A stretch of DNA of 64,000 nt, from NCBI RefSeq assembly GCF_030384885.1, contig NZ_CP128613.1; one strand, 5' to 3'. The translations under genes and the position numbers were made by a program. The notes under the pieces are model-generated. The model ran no database searches. It had not been told where the DNA came from and worked only from the letters and a program-made list of their open reading frames with translations. This DNA is from Escherichia coli (GTDB lineage Bacteria; Pseudomonadota; Gammaproteobacteria; Enterobacterales; Enterobacteriaceae). This document shows, piece by piece, positions 59,871 through 64,000 of this stretch (position 1 is its first letter; each line of letters begins with the position of its first letter).

Positions 59871-60047
59871 AGCGGGATATCTGTCGAACTCTGTAGCAAG
59901 GAAGGTAACAATAACGCTACATTTGCTGGGGTGCAAATCGCTCTGTTGAAGTGGGAGCGGTGCTTTATCCTGCAACTCTGATTAGGGCTGACATTTTATC
60001 CTGGTTGGCGGCTTCCCGAGGTACTGACGAACGGGAAGCCGAAAACG

Positions 60048-62078
60048 TTACTGTTGCCCCGCCCAGACGACCAGCACTTTATCGTCGTCATGCTCACGAA
60101 CAAAGCCGTAGCCCTGCTTCAGCGAAAGTGTCGTTTGTTTGCCCGCGCCAATTGCGGGATGGCGGGCGCGGAACTGGCTGATTTTCTGCCAGTGCGCGAC
60201 GCTAGCGGCAGATTTACCGTTAACATCCTGCCAGTTCATATCCGAACGCGTGCCTTGCAGCGGATCAGAACCGGTAGGACCGAACGGACGAGAGGATTCA
60301 TCACCATAAAAGATTTGTACTGCACCTGGCGCTAATAACAATAACTCTGCTGCTTTGTCGCCCCCTTCACGGAACAGGCGGGTATCATGCGACGAAAGAT
60401 AGCTCAACACGTTGAAATCCTGCAATTTCTCTGCCATTTGCTGCCAGGTCGTATCCATCTGCGCCAGACAATCGACCGCTTTCGCCGCCTGCTCCTGATA
60501 ATCGAAATTGATCATCGCATCGAAGCCGTGGCGATAGTAGTCACTTTGCATCACGCCGTGGCCCCAGGCTTCACCGGTCATCCAGAAAGGTTTGTCATCT
60601 AATGCTTTGTCGGGATTCGCTTTTTTCCATTCGCGAAGTGCGGCGCTGGCTTCGGTTTTCAGTTGCTGCCAGGCGGGCAACTCAACATGCCTGGCGGTAT
60701 CGACCCGAAAACCATCAATTCCGTAGTCACGGACCCACTGGCTTAACCAATGGGTTAAGTAATCTCGAGGGGTAAAGCCGTCAATGGCTTTAGCGTGGGT
60801 ATCCGTTTTGTTGTTATAGAACACTGGCAGGCCAGAAGCGGTCGTTGATTCGGTTTTGATATCCGGTAAAAAGGCCAGCGACATGGTGAGATCGTCAAAT
60901 CCAGGATTGTCGTAGTCGCCGATATCCGTTCTGATCCAGTTTTTTCCCCACCATTTATCCCAGCCTGTTTTGTCGCTGAAATTAATGTAATCGTTAAAGC
61001 TATGCCAGGTTTGCCCGGCGGCGGGCTTCCAGTCGCTCCAACGGTCACCTAACGTTTTTTTCAGCTCATCACCAGAAAGGTATAACGCGCCAAACTGATA
61101 CTCCTGCATATCCGCCAGCGTGGCATAACCGGAGTGGTTCATCACTACATCAAAGAGAATACGAATACCGCGCTGATGCGCGCTATCAACCAGCGTCCGG
61201 AGATCGGCTTCGTTGCCCATATTGGCATCCAGATTCGTCCAGTCCTGGGTGTAGTAACCGTGGTAGGCATAATGCGGGAAATCGCCTTTTGTTCCGCCGC
61301 CGACCCAGCCGTGAATTTGCTCAAATGGGGCGCTTATCCATAAAGCATTGACGCCCAGCTGCTGGAGATAATCCAGTTTGTTGGTCAGGCCGCGTAAATC
61401 GCCGCCGTGAAAAGTGCCAATTTCTGCCATACCGTCTTTATGACGTCCGTAACTCTGGTCATTACTGGGATCGCCGTTTTCGAAACGATCTGTCAGCACA
61501 AAGTAAACTGTGGCGTTATGCCAGTCGAAAGGGGCGGATGTGTCAGTTTCTGCCCGTTCCAGCAGGAGTAAACCCTTGCTGGTGGCAGCGGGTTGTAACG
61601 TTATTTGACCGTTCTTCACTATCGCAATTTGCTGGCTGTAATAATCCCGGACTGCGGCTCCCTCCGGAAAAGTGGCGCTGACATCCAGAGTGAGCGGTAA
61701 TCCATCCCATTTCGGGCATTCACGGACCAGGTTTGCTACCGGTTCGACGGCGTTCTGGATGGAAATCATCAATGTTGGTGTACCGGAGCGGGTGTCTAGT
61801 TGCAGCTTATATTCGCCGTCCCTGAACAATCGCCATTGAGGTGGCGTGTTGCTACAAGGTTGCAGGGAAAGCATCTGATTGAGTTTTATCGCATCCGCAG
61901 GCTGCCAGCACTGTTGGTCAAAATTTAGCGTGAGTGGACGCGTACCTTTGGGCAACTGCGCGTGGCTGACAAATGTTCCCGTTCCCTGTTCGCTAAAGGC
62001 AGGGAACCCCGGAGAAGTCCAACTGGCGGCAACGGCGAAGCCAGGAAGGAGTGTCAGAAAACAGGCGGCGAGTTTCAT
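60048..62078 (-). CDS. malS: Periplasmic alpha-amylase
   Basis: 676 aa; signal peptide (MKLAACFLTLLPGFAVA); GH13 catalytic regions (GFRVDTARH, FMTGEAWG, YLSSHD). Confidence 0.95.
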   Translation of the reverse strand: MKLAACFLTLLPGFAVAASWTSPGFPAFSEQGTGTFVSHAQLPKGTRPLTLNFDQQCWQPADAIKLNQMLSLQPCSNTPPQWRLFRDGEYKLQLDTRSGTPTLMISIQNAVEPVANLVRECPKWDGLPLTLDVSATFPEGAAVRDYYSQQIAIVKNGQITLQPAATSKGLLLLERAETDTSAPFDWHNATVYFVLTDRFENGDPSNDQSYGRHKDGMAEIGTFHGGDLRGLTNKLDYLQQLGVNALWISAPFEQIHGWVGGGTKGDFPHYAYHGYYTQDWTNLDANMGNEADLRTLVDSAHQRGIRILFDVVMNHSGYATLADMQEYQFGALYLSGDELKKTLGDRWSDWKPAAGQTWHSFNDYINFSDKTGWDKWWGKNWIRTDIGDYDNPGFDDLTMSLAFLPDIKTESTTASGLPVFYNNKTDTHAKAIDGFTPRDYLTHWLSQWVRDYGIDGFRVDTARHVELPAWQQLKTEASAALREWKKANPDKALDDKPFWMTGEAWGHGVMQSDYYRHGFDAMINFDYQEQAAKAVDCLAQMDTTWQQMAEKLQDFNVLSYLSSHDTRLFREGGDKAAELLLLAPGAVQIFYGDESSRPFGPTGSDPLQGTRSDMNWQDVNGKSAASVAHWQKISQFRARHPAIGAGKQTTLSLKQGYGFVREHDDDKVLVVWAGQQ

Positions 62079-62397
62079 GGCGGATGAGTCCTTATTGCTG
62101 CGATTTCAGACAGTTTGCCAGCGATAAGCCAGACAAAACTCATCCCTGAGCGGTAAGTCCACAGGATGAGAAGCAAGGGTGAGCGATCGCGCGCAAAAAA
62201 CGGCTGAATTTTGCGATAAACCCCACATTTTCTGCGATTTAGAGCCAATCTGAATCGTTAACACGTGACATAGTTTCAGATTTGGACTATTCCTTGGGGT
62301 GCTCTTGACGGCTATTTTTGATATGATTTGAGATTCAACTCTCAAATTTGTGAAAAATATAAGGTGTTGGAATGATTAAATCCGACCAGGAGACCTG

Positions 62398-63222
62398 ATG
62401 ATTTTGACTCCCATACGACGATATGGGGCGATGATTCTTATGTTACTCACTCTGGTGTTTTCGAGTGAGGTGTTAGCGAAGACGCACACAACAACAGCGA
62501 GTCAAAAGTCCCACTTAACTAAAGCTAGTAATAAACAGGTAAGCAGTAAACAAGAGTATTCTCGCAATAGTGCAAAGAGTAGTTCACTTCCTGATTTGCG
62601 AAAATACCCTTCCGGAACACCAAGGAAAAAAGCGTTTCTCCGGACCGTAATGCCTTACATTACCAGCCAAAATGCGGCCATTACTGCGGAACGTAACTGG
62701 CTCATTTCAAAACAGTATCAGGGCCAATGGTCACCTGCTGAGCGTGCGCGTCTTAAAGACATCGCCAAACGCTACAAGGTGAAGTGGTCCGGTAATACGC
62801 GAAAAATCCCGTGGAATACCTTGCTGGAACGCGTAGACATTATTCCTACCAGTATGGTGGCGACGATGGCTGCAGCAGAAAGCGGTTGGGGAACGTCGAA
62901 GCTGGCGCGTAGCAACAACAACCTATTCGGCATGAAGTGCATGAAAGGACGTTGTACCAATGCGCCGGGTAAAGTGAAGGGGTACTCACAGTTCAGTTCT
63001 GTCAAAGAATCGGTGAGCGCCTATGTCACTAACCTGAATACTCACCCGGCTTACTCTTCGTTCCGTAAATCGCGTGCACAACTGCGTAAAGCGGATCAGG
63101 AAGTGACTGCCACAGCGATGATTCACAAGCTGAAGGGCTACTCGACCAAAGGGAAGAGTTATAACAACTACCTGTTCGCAATGTACCAGGATAACCAACG
63201 GTTAATCGCGGCGCATATGTAA
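62398..63222 (+). CDS. bax: Bax protein (glucosaminidase-like domain)
   Basis: 274 aa; signal peptide or membrane anchor, then a Ser/Lys-rich linker and a C-terminal lysozyme-like domain. Confidence 0.9.
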   Translation: MILTPIRRYGAMILMLLTLVFSSEVLAKTHTTTASQKSHLTKASNKQVSSKQEYSRNSAKSSSLPDLRKYPSGTPRKKAFLRTVMPYITSQNAAITAERNWLISKQYQGQWSPAERARLKDIAKRYKVKWSGNTRKIPWNTLLERVDIIPTSMVATMAAAESGWGTSKLARSNNNLFGMKCMKGRCTNAPGKVKGYSQFSSVKESVSAYVTNLNTHPAYSSFRKSRAQLRKADQEVTATAMIHKLKGYSTKGKSYNNYLFAMYQDNQRLIAAHM

Positions 63223-63237
63223 TTGTATTCCCTGAAG

Positions 63238-63320
63238 CCTTATCCGACTTGTTGGTCGGATAAGGCGTTCACGCCGCATGCGACAACCACGCAGCGTTGC
63301 CTGATGCGACGCCGACAATT
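63238..63320. repeat. REP element
   Basis: gccttatccgacttgttggtcggataaggcgttcacgccgcatgcgac, between convergent bax and xylR. Confidence 0.55.
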
Positions 63321-63330
63321 CTCATCATCG

Positions 63331-64000
63331 CTACAACATGACCTCGCTATTTACATCGCGATACTCTTTTGGCGTCGTGTCATATGCTTTTTTAAAAACA
63401 GAGTAGAAATATTGCAGCGATGGATAACCGCACATTTGCGATATCTCATTGATCGACAAGGTGGTTGAAATCAGCAGACTGCGCGCTTTCTCCAACTTCT
63501 CGGCATGAATCATGGCATGGATGGTTTCACCCACCTCTTCTTTAAAACGCTTCTCAAGATTGGAGCGAGAGATCCCGACGGCATCGAGTACCTGATCCAC
63601 TTTAATCCCTTTACAGGCGTGATTACGAATGTAATGCATGGCCTGAATAACGGCGGGATCGGTCAGCGAGCGGTAATCTGTTGAGCGCCGTTCAATGACG
63701 CGAACTGGTGGGACCAAAATCCGCTGTAGCGGCATTTCTTCTTTATCTAATAATCGATGCAACAGTTTTGCCGCCTGATAGCCCATTTGCCGTGCGCCCT
63801 GAGCGACCGAAGAAAGGGCGACACGCGACAGATAGCGGGTCAGTTCTTCGTTATCGATGCCAATCACGCATAATTTTTCCGGTACGGGAATGTGTAGATG
63901 TTCACATACTTGCAGAATATGCCGTGCCCGGGCGTCAGTAACGGCAATAATCCCGGTTTGCGGTGGCAGCGTTTGTAGCCAGTCTGCCAGCCGATTTTGC
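63331..64000 (-). CDS. xylR: Xylose operon regulator, C-terminal part (AraC-type HTH); 5' end lies outside the window
   Basis: C-terminal double HTH (SINEISQMCGYPSLQYFYSVFKKAYDTTPKEYR); the reading frame appears to continue to the window edge beyond the track ORF start; K-12 neighbour of bax. Confidence 0.85.
   Translation of the reverse strand, partial: QNRLADWLQTLPPQTGIIAVTDARARHILQVCEHLHIPVPEKLCVIGIDNEELTRYLSRVALSSVAQGARQMGYQAAKLLHRLLDKEEMPLQRILVPPVRVIERRSTDYRSLTDPAVIQAMHYIRNHACKGIKVDQVLDAVGISRSNLEKRFKEEVGETIHAMIHAEKLEKARSLLISTTLSINEISQMCGYPSLQYFYSVFKKAYDTTPKEYRDVNSEVML

Overview
The window reads as an Escherichia coli chromosomal segment, co-linear with the K-12 kbl-tdh to xylR region in inverted orientation. 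Gene names are assigned by recognition of the translated ORFs and remembered K-12 gene order; no database search was run. Most of it is conserved core: kbl/tdh, waaH, yibQ, envC, gpmM, yibN, grxC, secB, gpsA, cysE, trmL, lldDRP, yibL/yibT, mtlADR, yibI/yibH, yibF, selAB, yiaY, aldB, yiaW-yiaT, the sgb/yiaK-O L-ascorbate-like TRAP operon, yiaJ, ysaA, avtA, malS, bax and the 3' part of xylR. Four regions differ from the K-12 layout as I recall it and are the places worth a second look: (1) a 5 kb trimeric autotransporter adhesin gene with an upstream coiled-coil lipoprotein, between lldP and yibL; (2) a remodelled Rhs locus with a short PAAR-containing rhs gene, two different C-terminal toxin/immunity modules and a ~1 kb direct repeat; (3) a three-gene island (GH127-like glycosidase, GPH-family symporter, AraC regulator) between yiaT and sgbE; (4) a small unassigned membrane ORF between aldB and yiaW. 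I found no CRISPR array, IS element, integrase or recognisable defence-system enzyme. The strongest candidates for something uncharacterised are the two Rhs toxin/immunity pairs, but their functions are inferred from motifs only.
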